NCBI GenBank assembly: GCA_963422205.2
Contig: CAXMWX010000005.1
Span: 544,001-608,000 of the forward strand
From: Gammaproteobacteria bacterium
GTDB taxonomy: Bacteria > Pseudomonadota > Gammaproteobacteria > Eutrophobiales > Eutrophobiaceae
Length of the DNA stretch: 64,000 bases
Direction of reading: 5' to 3'
A program made the position numbers and the translations under genes. Below are positions 37,621 through 47,180 of the stretch, one piece after another; the first letter of the stretch is position 1, and each line of letters starts with the position of its first letter. Under the pieces are notes generated by a model. It searched no databases. It was not told the DNA's origin and saw nothing but the letters and a program-made list of their open reading frames with translations.

Positions 37621-39741
37621 ATGTTGTTACAGTTATCGAACCGACTGGTTGCCACCGCCATGGCCCTATCCAGTATAGCCGCACCCGCCGCTAATGAAAT
37701 TGCCGCCAATGAAATTGAAGAAATCATCGTAACCGCAGGCTTTCGTCCATCTAAACTCATGCAGAGCACGGGCAGCATCAGTGTGCTGGATGAGATGCAG
37801 ATTTCTGATCGGGCGGCCTGGCAGATCACCGACATCCTGGGTACCCTGCCGAATGTCAATTACTCCTCGGCCGGTTCCCGAGCCAGGTTTATCCAGATGC
37901 GCGGCATCGGGGATATCGAGCAGTTTGTGGATCCCAAACACTATCCCTCCGTGGGTGTTTTAATTGACACCATGGAAGTCGGTACCACCGCCAATGGGGC
38001 AGTCTTGTCTGATGTGGCGCAGGTGGAAGTTTTGCGCGGCCCGCAGGGAACGCAATTCGGCGCCAATGCCCTGGCCGGCATCATCAACATACAGACACAG
38101 GATCCGGGCGAGAGATTCAACGGCACGGTCAGGGCCGGCTATGGCAATCGTGGTCACCGGCTGGTCAATGCCGTTGCCGGCGGGCCGCTGACAGAGACGT
38201 TCGGTGGTCGGCTTGCCGTGCAACGGCTGCAAAGCGATGGCTTTATCCATAATGCCTTCCTCAATGCTGAGGATACCAACGCCATTGACGAGACATCCCT
38301 GCATGGCAAGCTCATCTGGCGAGGTAAGGATGATAATGAAGTCCGGCTGACCGCCATGTATCTTGATCTCGATAACGGTTATGATGCGTTTTCACTGGAT
38401 AACAGCCGCACGACTGTGACCGATGCCCCGGGCCGGGATGCACAACACACCCGGGCGCTGGCAGTGCAGAGCCGGTGGGCTATCCGGGGTAACAGCCGGC
38501 TTGAAACACAGCTTGGCTGGAGTGGCCATGATGAGGTCTATGGGTATGATGAGGATTGGGTGTTTGCCGGTTTTTGTCGTGATCTCTCATGCCCGTCCGG
38601 CGAGTTTAGCGGCACGGATACCATACGCCGAACCCGTGATGTGTATACTTTTGACAGCCGCATTCAGTCCGAATCATCTGCAACTACCAGCGTGGCCGGG
38701 GTGTATGCACAAGCCAGAAATGAAGCTTTGGCCAGAGAACACGCCGGAACATTCAGCAGCACCTATGACACCCGGCGCTATGCACTCTACGGCCAGCTTG
38801 ATTATGTGTTTGCGCCAGCGCTCACTCTCACCACCGGGCTCCGGGTTGAGCATTTTCGCGATGCCTACAGCGACAGCCGGCGGCTGGATACCCGCTCCAG
38901 CGCCACCTACTGGAGCGGTGCGATCACATTGGCCTACCGCCCTTTAGAGAACACCTTGCTGTATGCCACCTTATCCCGTGGCGTCAAGCCCGGCGGAGTC
39001 AACACCGATGCCCGCTCCCGTCAACCGGCTATCTCGGCCAGCTTTACGCCCTTTCTTACCGAGCGTTTGCAATTTAATGCCGAGAGCCTGCTGAACAAGG
39101 AGTTGGGAGTCAAAGGCGATTATCTTAAACAACGCCTCCGCCTGCGGCTGTCCCTGTTTCATACAGACCGCCATAACGCCCAACTGGAGAGCTGGGTATG
39201 GGATGCGACAAATTTTATCTGGAGCGGCCTGCTGGACAGTACCAGCGATGCACAGAATTATGGTGCTGAACTGGCGCTTGACTACCGGCTTGCTGAGGGT
39301 ATTTCAACGTTTGCCAATATGGGCTATCTTAAAACCCGTGTGGATGCGCTGACAACATTCGATCTGGACAGCGGACAGTTTGTTATCAGCACAGGCCGGG
39401 AGCAGGCCAAATCCCCTAACTGGCAATACAATGCCGGGCTTGAGTTTACTCTGTGGGGCGGGCTGCAAGGCCGGGTTGAGGTAGAAGGCCAGGACAGCAG
39501 CTTTTTTGGCTACTACCACGATGGCCGGCTGGATTCTTTCACCCTCGCCCATGCCAGCCTCAGCTATCCGCTGGGCAATCTCCGTATCCAGACCTGGATC
39601 AAAAACCTGTTCGATAAGGATTACACCATCCATGGTTTGTATTTTGCCAATGATCCGCGTGATGGCTTCACCAGGAATCGATCCTATTTTCAACTTGGCG
39701 AAGCACGCCGCTATGGCGTTACCATCAGTTACCGTTTTTAA
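37621..39741 (+). CDS. TonB-dependent receptor, predicted thiamine uptake
   Basis: IEEIIVTA.FR, SRARFIQMRGIG, VEVLRGPQGT.FGANALAG.IN, C-terminal YRF. Directly downstream of the TPP riboswitch. Confidence 0.92.
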   Translation: MLLQLSNRLVATAMALSSIAAPAANEIAANEIEEIIVTAGFRPSKLMQSTGSISVLDEMQISDRAAWQITDILGTLPNVNYSSAGSRARFIQMRGIGDIEQFVDPKHYPSVGVLIDTMEVGTTANGAVLSDVAQVEVLRGPQGTQFGANALAGIINIQTQDPGERFNGTVRAGYGNRGHRLVNAVAGGPLTETFGGRLAVQRLQSDGFIHNAFLNAEDTNAIDETSLHGKLIWRGKDDNEVRLTAMYLDLDNGYDAFSLDNSRTTVTDAPGRDAQHTRALAVQSRWAIRGNSRLETQLGWSGHDEVYGYDEDWVFAGFCRDLSCPSGEFSGTDTIRRTRDVYTFDSRIQSESSATTSVAGVYAQARNEALAREHAGTFSSTYDTRRYALYGQLDYVFAPALTLTTGLRVEHFRDAYSDSRRLDTRSSATYWSGAITLAYRPLENTLLYATLSRGVKPGGVNTDARSRQPAISASFTPFLTERLQFNAESLLNKELGVKGDYLKQRLRLRLSLFHTDRHNAQLESWVWDATNFIWSGLLDSTSDAQNYGAELALDYRLAEGISTFANMGYLKTRVDALTTFDLDSGQFVISTGREQAKSPNWQYNAGLEFTLWGGLQGRVEVEGQDSSFFGYYHDGRLDSFTLAHASLSYPLGNLRIQTWIKNLFDKDYTIHGLYFANDPRDGFTRNRSYFQLGEARRYGVTISYRF

Positions 39742-39774
39742 TCAGGCCAACGGATAGATCAGAGGAGGCAGACG

Positions 39775-40032
39775 ATGAGGATGACCGCCGAAATCAGCAT
39801 GTATCCATTATGCGAAGACCTTATCCCGAAAATTGATGCGGTGATAGCGAAGTTGAACACCTATGCCGAGATTGACGTGCACACCTTTACTACAGCAACG
39901 ACCCTGACTGGCGAGTATGAAGCCGTGATGGCGGCCATCAGCGAGACCATCGCCTGGAGTTATGCAGAACACGGCAAGGCCGTCTTTGTCACCAAGTTCA
40001 TTCCCGGCTATGCCCCTGGTGAGCATGTCTGA
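39775..40032 (+). CDS. YkoF-like thiamine/HMP-binding protein
   Basis: 85 aa, AEISMYPL, T.LTGEY..VM, KAVFVTK. Lies between the thiamine receptor and PnuC. Confidence 0.75.
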   Translation: MRMTAEISMYPLCEDLIPKIDAVIAKLNTYAEIDVHTFTTATTLTGEYEAVMAAISETIAWSYAEHGKAVFVTKFIPGYAPGEHV

Positions 40033-40648
40033 GCTGTGGCTGGCCCTGGGCGCCATGGCAAGCCAGACCTATTGGGAAAGTGCCGCCGTGCTGCTTGCCA
40101 TCGCCTATCTGCTGTTAGCGGCACGAGCGAGCAGCCTGTGCTGGTATTGTGCGCTGTTCAGCACGGCAATTTATACTGTCCTCCTCTGGCATGTCAGCCT
40201 GCCAATGGAATCGGCCTTGAACGTCTATTACATGGCGATGGCGGTCTATGGCTGGTATCAGTGGCGCCACGGTGGGCAGCAAAACACCGGCGTGCGGATT
40301 CACACCTTCACCGGCAGGCAACATATAAGCATTGTGACAGGGGTGCTGGTGTTGACCGTCATCTCCGGTTATCTGTTAAGTCAGCATACCCGGGCGGCAT
40401 GGCCTTATGTGGATTCTTTTACGACCTGGGCGAGCGTTGTGACCACGGTGATGGTGGCGAGAAAAATCCTGGAGAACTGGTTGTACTGGCTGGTGATCGA
40501 CAGCCTGTCCATACCGCTGTACCTTGAGCGGGGGCTATATCAGACGGCCTTGTTATTTGTTATCTACCTGTTTATTGTCGCCTATGGTTATGCCACCTGG
40601 CGCCGACTGTATCGGCAGCAGCCTGCCCTGGCCCCTCATGCAGGCTGA
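40025..40648 (+). CDS. PnuC family transporter (PnuT-type thiamine permease)
   Basis: E..AV...IAYL.LA, YGWYQW, PY.DSFTTW.S, ARKILENW.YW.VID. TPP-regulated operon. Confidence 0.92.
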   Translation: MSELWLALGAMASQTYWESAAVLLAIAYLLLAARASSLCWYCALFSTAIYTVLLWHVSLPMESALNVYYMAMAVYGWYQWRHGGQQNTGVRIHTFTGRQHISIVTGVLVLTVISGYLLSQHTRAAWPYVDSFTTWASVVTTVMVARKILENWLYWLVIDSLSIPLYLERGLYQTALLFVIYLFIVAYGYATWRRLYRQQPALAPHAG

Positions 40649-41426
40649 ATTGACCGCGCTTTTCTCTGCCGGACAACTACCGTTTGCGAATCCGCCAGAA
40701 CTGCTCCGGCAATTAAGGGCCGGACGAAGCAACACAACATGGCTGATTAAGGCCGATGCTGAGTATTATATCGCCCAGGATAAAACCGCCAGCGCGCGCT
40801 GCCCCGGCGTTGAACCTCAGCGTGAACAACACATCATGCAGCAAGCCAGCCAGTGCGGCCTGGCCCCGGCGGTTGTCTATTATTCCCCGGAACGGCATAT
40901 TCTCATCACTGAATATATGGCCGGTCGGCACTGGCAACGAAGCGATGCGAAGAACAAGAGGCTGCTTGAGCGGCTGCTGCACGCCATTCAGCAACTGCAG
41001 GCGCTTGATTCCGGCTGGCCAGCGCTGGATTATGCTGCTCATATTGATGCGTATTTTAATCAGCTTCAGCAACACCCAAGCCCGCTATTGGTGCAACAAC
41101 AGCAGGCGGTGTCAGCCGAGTTGGCTCAGCTTGACTACCCGGCCGTGCTCTCACACCATGACTTAAATGCAGGCAATATCCTGCTGACCGACACCGGGCT
41201 GGTCTTTCTGGATTGGGAATATGCCGCCCCCGGCTGGTCATTATTTGATCTGGCGACTGTCATGGTCGAGTGCGGTGTCTCTGTAATGCAGCTGACCGAG
41301 CGCTTTGATGTTGACCGACAGCAACTGCAATCAGCCCGGCGCCTCTACAGTCATCTGTGCGATCTCTGGCGGCATGTCTGCCCTTCCCGCCTCACGCCAC
41401 CGGGCGCAGGAGCAAGAAGGGCATAA
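40638..41426 (+). CDS. Choline/aminoglycoside kinase-like phosphotransferase, predicted thiamine kinase
   Basis: G.SN.TW, GLAP.V.Y, LITEY, SHHDLNAGNIL, LDWEYA, FDLA. Follows PnuT. Confidence 0.8.
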   Translation: MQAELTALFSAGQLPFANPPELLRQLRAGRSNTTWLIKADAEYYIAQDKTASARCPGVEPQREQHIMQQASQCGLAPAVVYYSPERHILITEYMAGRHWQRSDAKNKRLLERLLHAIQQLQALDSGWPALDYAAHIDAYFNQLQQHPSPLLVQQQQAVSAELAQLDYPAVLSHHDLNAGNILLTDTGLVFLDWEYAAPGWSLFDLATVMVECGVSVMQLTERFDVDRQQLQSARRLYSHLCDLWRHVCPSRLTPPGAGARRA

Positions 41427-41443
41427 GTGCATGAATCTCTCAC

Positions 41444-41914
41444 TCATGAATCTCTTAGGGGTAACTGCGTTTTTTTCGTCACCGGCCGAAGGGCAAAACT
41501 GGAGCGCACCCGGGATACCCCCGGCAGACAGGTCAGATGTTCATGATGAATACGCTCATAATCAGCCGCATCCGCCACAATAACACGCAGCAGATAATCG
41601 TAATCACCCGACATCAGATAACATTCCATCACTTCCGGCACAGCCACCACCGCCAGTTCAAATTCATCCAGATATTGACGTTGCTGCTGGTTTAAGGTGA
41701 TTTCGACAAACACATTCCCCGGCAGGCCGACTGCCGCCTGGTTGACCAGCATGACATAGCGCTCAACTACCCCCGCTTCGCTGAGCAATTTAACCCGTCT
41801 GAGGCAGGCAGACTCCGACAGATTAACCCGCCCGGCCAGGGCGACATTGCTCAGCCGGCCGTCCAGTTGCAGCGCAGACAATATCGCACGATCAATCTTG
41901 TCTACTGTAAACAT
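41444..41914 (-). CDS. Lrp/AsnC family regulator (AldR-like)
   Basis: D.IDRAIL..LQ.DGR.SN..LA..V.LS.S.CLRRVK.L, VPEVMECYLMSGDYDYLL. Divergent from ald. Confidence 0.93.
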   Translation of the reverse strand: MFTVDKIDRAILSALQLDGRLSNVALAGRVNLSESACLRRVKLLSEAGVVERYVMLVNQAAVGLPGNVFVEITLNQQQRQYLDEFELAVVAVPEVMECYLMSGDYDYLLRVIVADAADYERIHHEHLTCLPGVSRVRSSFALRPVTKKTQLPLRDS

Positions 41915-42072
41915 GAGAGGATAATGCGTTTTATTTTCATAAAAGCGAATAAATATTCAGTTTGACAAGCTGATTATAGTCTTTTTTGCAAGACTATTTT
42001 TATCCAGATTAATTATTATTTGATTTAACTGTAGCCGCCTTGTTTTAAGGGGGCATTTTTAAGGGGCCAAAT
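41915..42072. promoter_or_regulatory. AT-rich divergent promoter region with several palindromes (candidate AldR/Lrp sites)
   Basis: GAATAaaTATTC (41947-41958), TTGACA (41962-41967), ATAGTCTT-N6-AAGACTAT (41976-41997), TTTTAT-N4-ATAAAA. Confidence 0.6.
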
Positions 42073-43191
42073 ATGCTGATCGGCACGCCGAAGGAGATTA
42101 AAAATCATGAGTACCGAGTTGGCCTGACCCCGGCCAGCGTCAAGGAATTGGCTCATCATGGTCATGAGGTGTTAATTGAAACCCAGGCGGGCGCCGGCAT
42201 TGGCATGAGTGATGATGACTATCGGCGGGCGGGCGCCAGCATAGTAGACAGTGCAAAGGCCGTCTTCTCCCAGGCGGAGATGGTGGTCAAGGTCAAAGAG
42301 CCACAGCCTGATGAGTGTCGGCAATTACGCCGTGGGCAAGTGCTGTTTACCTATCTGCATCTCGCCCCTGATCCTCGGCAAACCGAATTGTTACTGGCCT
42401 CTGGCGTCACCGCCATCGCCTATGAAACCGTGACCGCCAGCGATAGCAGCCTGCCGTTGCTGGCACCGATGAGTGCGGTGGCCGGGCGGCTATCGGTTCA
42501 GGTCGGCGCCCATTGTCTGGAAAAAGCCCAGGGCGGGGCGGGGGTGTTGTTGGGCGGCGTGCCGGGGGTAGAGCCGGCCCGGGTGTTGGTCATCGGCGGC
42601 GGCGTGGCCGGTGAGAATGCCGCCGCTATGGCCTTGGGCATGGGGGCCGATGTGACCATATTGGATCGCTCATTAGCCCGCCTGCATCAGTTGGACTCTC
42701 ACTATAACCGCCGTGTTGACTGTATTTTTTCCACCGCCGAGGCCATCGAGGCACACGCCTTGCAGGCCGATCTCATCATCGGTGCCGTGTTGATCCCGGG
42801 CGCCACGGCGCCGAAATTATTGACCCGGGAGTTGATCAAAAAGATGAGACAAGGGGCGGTCGTTGTGGATATCGCCATCGATCAGGGCGGCTGTTTTGAA
42901 ACCTCCCGGGCGACCACCCACCAGCAGCCAACCTATATCATCGATGGCGTTGTACACTATTGTGTGGCAAACATGCCGGGCGCCGTGCCACGCACCTCAA
43001 CATTTGCGCTGAATAATGCCACCTTGCCGTTCACCCTTGCACTGGCAAACAAAGGCATTAAGCAGGCGCTGCGGGATGATCCGTTTTTGTGTCGTGGCCT
43101 GAATATTCATCACGGCAATATCACCCACGAGGCCGTGGCCACTGATCTGGCCTATGACTATACGCCGGCATTACAGGCGATTGCATCCTGA
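42073..43191 (+). CDS. ald: Alanine dehydrogenase
   Basis: IGTPKEIKNHEYRV, VKVKEP, FTYLHLA, LAPMS.VAGR, AIDQGGCFET, HYCVANMPGAVPRTST. Confidence 0.98.
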   Translation: MLIGTPKEIKNHEYRVGLTPASVKELAHHGHEVLIETQAGAGIGMSDDDYRRAGASIVDSAKAVFSQAEMVVKVKEPQPDECRQLRRGQVLFTYLHLAPDPRQTELLLASGVTAIAYETVTASDSSLPLLAPMSAVAGRLSVQVGAHCLEKAQGGAGVLLGGVPGVEPARVLVIGGGVAGENAAAMALGMGADVTILDRSLARLHQLDSHYNRRVDCIFSTAEAIEAHALQADLIIGAVLIPGATAPKLLTRELIKKMRQGAVVVDIAIDQGGCFETSRATTHQQPTYIIDGVVHYCVANMPGAVPRTSTFALNNATLPFTLALANKGIKQALRDDPFLCRGLNIHHGNITHEAVATDLAYDYTPALQAIAS

Positions 43192-43218
43192 CTGGCGAGG
43201 TTGACTGGCGAGGTTGAC
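43189..43218 (+). repeat. 13-bp tandem repeat (TGACTGGCGAGGT)x2 plus TGAC, starting at the ald stop codon
   Basis: Seen directly. Confidence 0.85.
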
Positions 43219-43276
43219 CAGCAAAAGCGGTGAGGCCGCCGCCAATGCTCTCATGGCCTGCAACCACACATCGGGC

Positions 43277-43999
43277 CTAATACATGTGCTGACCGCCGTT
43301 AATACTCAGTGTTGACCCGGTAATAAAACCCGCCTCATCAGCCACCAGAAAGCGCACGGCGCGCGCTATCTCGCTGGCCTGCCCCAGGCGTCCGACCGGG
43401 ATCCCGGCGATGATCTTCTCCAGCACATGCTGTGGTACGGCGCGCACCATGTCGGTGTCAATATAGCCCGGGGCGATGGCGTTCACCGTGATGCCCCTGG
43501 CAGCACCTTCCTGCGCCAGCGCCTTGGTAAACCCATGAATACCGGACTTGGCAGCCGCATAGTTGACTTGGCCATATTGACCGGCCTGACCGTTGATAGA
43601 GCCAATATTGACGATACGCCCAAACCCCCGCTCACGCATACCCTCAATCACCGCCCGGCACATGTTAAAACACGACCCCAGATTGGTCTGGATCACGCTG
43701 TCCCACTGCTCAAAATTCATCTTGTGCATCGTCCCGTCCCGGGTAATGCCGGCATTGTTGATAAGGATATCTACCGGGCCAAGCGCACCCTCGATCTGTG
43801 CCACCGCCTGCTGCACTGCCGAAAAGTCACCGACATCGAATTTCCAGGTCTTTATGCCAGTGGTATCAGTAAACTGCCTGGCTGCCTCATCATTACCTGC
43901 ATAACTCGCCGCCACGTTATAACCTGCTTCTTTCAGACCCGTTGAAATCGCACCACCAATACCGCGCGTACCACCGGTTACTATTGCCACTCTTGCCAT
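43277..43999 (-). CDS. phaB: Acetoacetyl-CoA reductase
   Basis: VTGGTRGIG, NNAGITRD, SINGQAGQYGQVNYAAAK, GFTKALAQEGA, GSTLSINGGQHM. Confidence 0.93.
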   Translation of the reverse strand: MARVAIVTGGTRGIGGAISTGLKEAGYNVAASYAGNDEAARQFTDTTGIKTWKFDVGDFSAVQQAVAQIEGALGPVDILINNAGITRDGTMHKMNFEQWDSVIQTNLGSCFNMCRAVIEGMRERGFGRIVNIGSINGQAGQYGQVNYAAAKSGIHGFTKALAQEGAARGITVNAIAPGYIDTDMVRAVPQHVLEKIIAGIPVGRLGQASEIARAVRFLVADEAGFITGSTLSINGGQHMY

Positions 44000-44217
44000 T
44001 GCCTAGTCACCCCCGCTTGCCAATTCAAGCTGGTTGTTTTCATTTTAACAGACACAAAAGATAGCAAAAAAAAAGCCGCTTTTACAGGGAGACGGCAATT
44101 TTAACGCGATTTTCATAAAAACCTTCACGCCATTCACAGATGCTGGTTTGCAGGAACAAAAAACCTTGGCTATAGTCTCAGGAGAATAACCTTACCCGGT
44201 ATCTTTGAGGTACTGAT

Positions 44218-45573
44218 ATGCCTCCTTACATACACATCTGCCCTGCTATCCTGCTGCTGCTCTTACCCGCTTATCCACCAGGCACCGCTGCCGATAACAA
44301 CACCCCCGAAACCCCGAACACGTCAGCACACCAGAAGATCAGTGCGGCGGAGGCTGCCGAACGCAAGCAGACAGCAAACCGGTTTGCCGAAGAGATAAAA
44401 AGACGGGAGGCTGAATACGGTATTTATGATGCAAAAACCGCTGAATATCTGCTCAGTATCGGCCTGTTGCATCAAGCTGCTGGCAACCACAGCCAGGCGA
44501 TCGGGGCATTGGCACGTGCCCTGCAAATTCAGCGGGTGAACGATGGGCTGCAAAGCGCCAGCCAGTTGATCATCTTGGAACAACTCATCAAAAGCCATAT
44601 CGCCAGCGAGAACTGGGCTGAGGTGGACAAAAATTTCCATCAGCTATTGTGGATCAACCGGCGCAATTATGACCCGGGCGACCCCCGGTTGCTGCCCGTG
44701 ATTGACCGGGTAGGCCGTTGGAAGCTGAAGGCCTACAAAGACGAGTTGCTGGCAGAAAACCCAGTGACGACCCTGCAGGAAGCGGCCAGCCTGTTTACCA
44801 GCACGATCGCCATCCTGGACAAGGAATACGGGGCGCACGCCCCGCTGCTGGTGGATGCGCTTTATGGCGAGGCACTGACCAATTATCAGGTCGCCTTTCA
44901 ACTGCTGCTAACGCCACTGGATGAGTTTCACGGGCGAGGCAGCCCGGACACCTTGCAGACGGTGTGTACACCCATCAGACTCCCCAATGGCCGGATGAGC
45001 CAATCCTGCCGCACGATCAGGGTACCCAACCCGGGCTACTATGCAGGCCGGCAACAAAACAAGAATTTCTCTGTTGCCACCCAGGTCGGCAAAGTCGGCA
45101 AGTCCTTGAAACGGATCATCGCCATCCATGAAGCCAACCCCACACTCCCCCGGCAGCAACATGCGATGGCCCTGGTGCATCTGGGTGACTGGAACCTGCT
45201 GCAAAACCGGCGGACAACCGCATTGCGTGTCTACACGCAAGCATATCAGTTGCTGGCAGGCGACCCGGCGAGCGAAGAGAAACTGCAACGGCTGTTTGGC
45301 AAACCGGTCAGTATTCCGGCCCTGCATCTGCCGCTGCCTGAAGTGGATAAGCAGCTAGATGAGGAGGAGAACAAGGCGTATGCGCTGGCGACATTTGATG
45401 TCTCACAAAGCGGCACACCCAAAAACATCACCATCATCGAGACTCACCCCCCGGCCAGCAAGTCCGCCAGCCGCAAGGCGAAGAAATCGATCAAGGCACG
45501 GCGCTATCGCCCGCGTTTTGTCGATGGGCAGCCGGTAGAGACGACTGGCAACAGGATACGGGTGCTGTTATAA
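44218..45573 (+). CDS. Exported TPR-like protein with a C-terminal TonB-C-like domain
   Basis: Signal peptide, helical TPR-like repeats (LLSIGLLHQAAGNH..AI..L.RAL; LVHLGDW.LL), C-terminal FDVSQSGTPKNITII...RRYRPRFVDGQPV resembling TonB_C. Confidence 0.75.
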   Translation: MPPYIHICPAILLLLLPAYPPGTAADNNTPETPNTSAHQKISAAEAAERKQTANRFAEEIKRREAEYGIYDAKTAEYLLSIGLLHQAAGNHSQAIGALARALQIQRVNDGLQSASQLIILEQLIKSHIASENWAEVDKNFHQLLWINRRNYDPGDPRLLPVIDRVGRWKLKAYKDELLAENPVTTLQEAASLFTSTIAILDKEYGAHAPLLVDALYGEALTNYQVAFQLLLTPLDEFHGRGSPDTLQTVCTPIRLPNGRMSQSCRTIRVPNPGYYAGRQQNKNFSVATQVGKVGKSLKRIIAIHEANPTLPRQQHAMALVHLGDWNLLQNRRTTALRVYTQAYQLLAGDPASEEKLQRLFGKPVSIPALHLPLPEVDKQLDEEENKAYALATFDVSQSGTPKNITIIETHPPASKSASRKAKKSIKARRYRPRFVDGQPVETTGNRIRVLL

Positions 45574-45760
45574 AAAAATAAGCGTTGTACTGGATAATCA
45601 CCCTGTATGGGATTTAAGCCATCGTATTGACTGCTTTATCGGCTGCCGGAATTGTCAAATCCCCATTCGCACACGTGCAAAAAACAGCAGGAAATGTTTG
45701 CCAGGGATGCCATTAACACATGCTTTCTGTGGTTGGATAACGAAAGGCGGCTAAGAATAT

Positions 45761-46702
45761 ATGCCAAATAAATCCCATGTTAACAAAAGCCATATCGCCA
45801 TAAACAGTCAAAAGAAAAAGGGTATCAGGCACAGTTCTGAAATTAATATAACAACTCATGAGACCCAAAATACCCTCCATGCCGTTTTTATTGAAGACGC
45901 TGTACACATCTTAAAGCAACTCCCTGACTCTTCCGCTCAACTGATATTGATTGATCCCCCCTACAATTTAGCTATGGACCACTGGGATGCTTTTGATAAC
46001 TACCTGGATTGGGCGAGGACATGGATAGATGAGATCTTCCGGGTATTATCCGATACTGGCAGTTGTGTGATTTTCGGCGGTTTCCAATACCAGGACTTGA
46101 AACAAGGCGACCTGCTGGAAATACTGCATTACACAAGGCATTATACCCGGCTCCGTTTCATAAATTTAATTATCTGGTATTACAAAAACGGCATGAGTGC
46201 ACAGCGTTTTTTTGCCAACAGGCATGAAGAGGCAATATGGCTGTCAAAGACAAATAAGTATTATTTTAATCTTGATTCAGTGAGAGTACCCTATAGTGAG
46301 GAGACCAAAAAACTTTATAAAAAAGATAAGCGATTAAACCCTGAAAGTGTGGAAAAGGGGAAAAACCCCACAAATGTTTGGGAAATAAGCCGGCTTAATG
46401 GAAACTCAAAAGAAAGAGTCGGGCACCCTACGCAGAAACCGGTTGAAGTAATTCGCAGATTTGTACGAGGATTATCATACCCCGGTGCTACGGTTTTAGA
46501 TTTTTTTGCCGGCTCAGGCACCACCGGGCGCGTTTGTATAGAAGAGGGGAGAAATTCTGTGCTGATAGATAATGATCCCATGTTAAAAAAATACCTCCAA
46601 TTACATCTATCTCAAATAAAAAATGATATGTTTATCACGCCTTATTCAATTCTAAACAACATAAGTGTGGAAACGGCAATAGATAAAATATTAAAAAATT
46701 GA
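45761..46702 (+). CDS. N6-adenine DNA methyltransferase, M.RsrI-like (predicted GAATTC)
   Basis: DPPYN, IFGG.QYQ, NGMSAQRFFANRHEE, KDKRLNPESVEKG.NPTNVW, RLNGNS.ERVGHPTQKP, LDFFAGSG, closely resembling M.RsrI as I recall it. AT-rich, and next to an EcoRI-like gene. Confidence 0.9.
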   Translation: MPNKSHVNKSHIAINSQKKKGIRHSSEINITTHETQNTLHAVFIEDAVHILKQLPDSSAQLILIDPPYNLAMDHWDAFDNYLDWARTWIDEIFRVLSDTGSCVIFGGFQYQDLKQGDLLEILHYTRHYTRLRFINLIIWYYKNGMSAQRFFANRHEEAIWLSKTNKYYFNLDSVRVPYSEETKKLYKKDKRLNPESVEKGKNPTNVWEISRLNGNSKERVGHPTQKPVEVIRRFVRGLSYPGATVLDFFAGSGTTGRVCIEEGRNSVLIDNDPMLKKYLQLHLSQIKNDMFITPYSILNNISVETAIDKILKN

Positions 46703-46722
46703 TTATTTAGAACAGATGTAGC

Positions 46723-47180
46723 ATGAAAAAGAACCAGGCAGACAGACTTAGCAAGCAACACAAAAAAGTAAAGGTCAAGGGGGGATATTTGGAAAGTCTG
46801 CACAAAAACACGATGTTTCAGTTAAAGATGTATCAAAGCTGGCATTTCAATCGCTTGTGAAAGAGTTTCCAGGGCTGGCATTTCGCTATCGAGAACAAAT
46901 TCAAAAGAAAGCAATTAATCAAAAGCTAAATGAACTGGATAGTCGGCTAGGCATTACGCTTTATGTGGCAAAATCTGCTATTAAGCCTGATGGCGGAATC
47001 ATTGAAGTGAAGGATAAACAAGATCGATGGAGGATTGTTCTTGTATCGGAAGCAAAACACCAGGGGAAAGATATTGAAAATATCAGCAAAGGAGTTTTAG
47101 TCGGGAAAATGAAGAATCAAGACATTATGGTCGCAGGAAATGCCATAGAACGATCTCATCCAGATACTTTACCTGGATAG
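46723..47180 (+). pseudogene. EcoRI/RsrI-family restriction endonuclease, frameshifted and 3'-truncated
   Basis: ATG 46723 MKKNQADRLSKQHKK, then a frame change near the A6/G6 runs (46762-46784) into SKGQGGIFG..KHD...IKPDGGIIEVKD..W..VLVSEAKHQGKD...AGNAIERSH. Similarity then stops at the 3' end of the convergent peptidase gene. Confidence 0.9.

Noticed and set aside
46759-46790. Programmed -1 frameshift or phase variation restoring the restriction enzyme
   Set aside because: The AAAAAAG is phased AAA-AAA-G rather than A-AAA-AAG, and the gene is truncated downstream anyway, so no full-length nuclease could be made.
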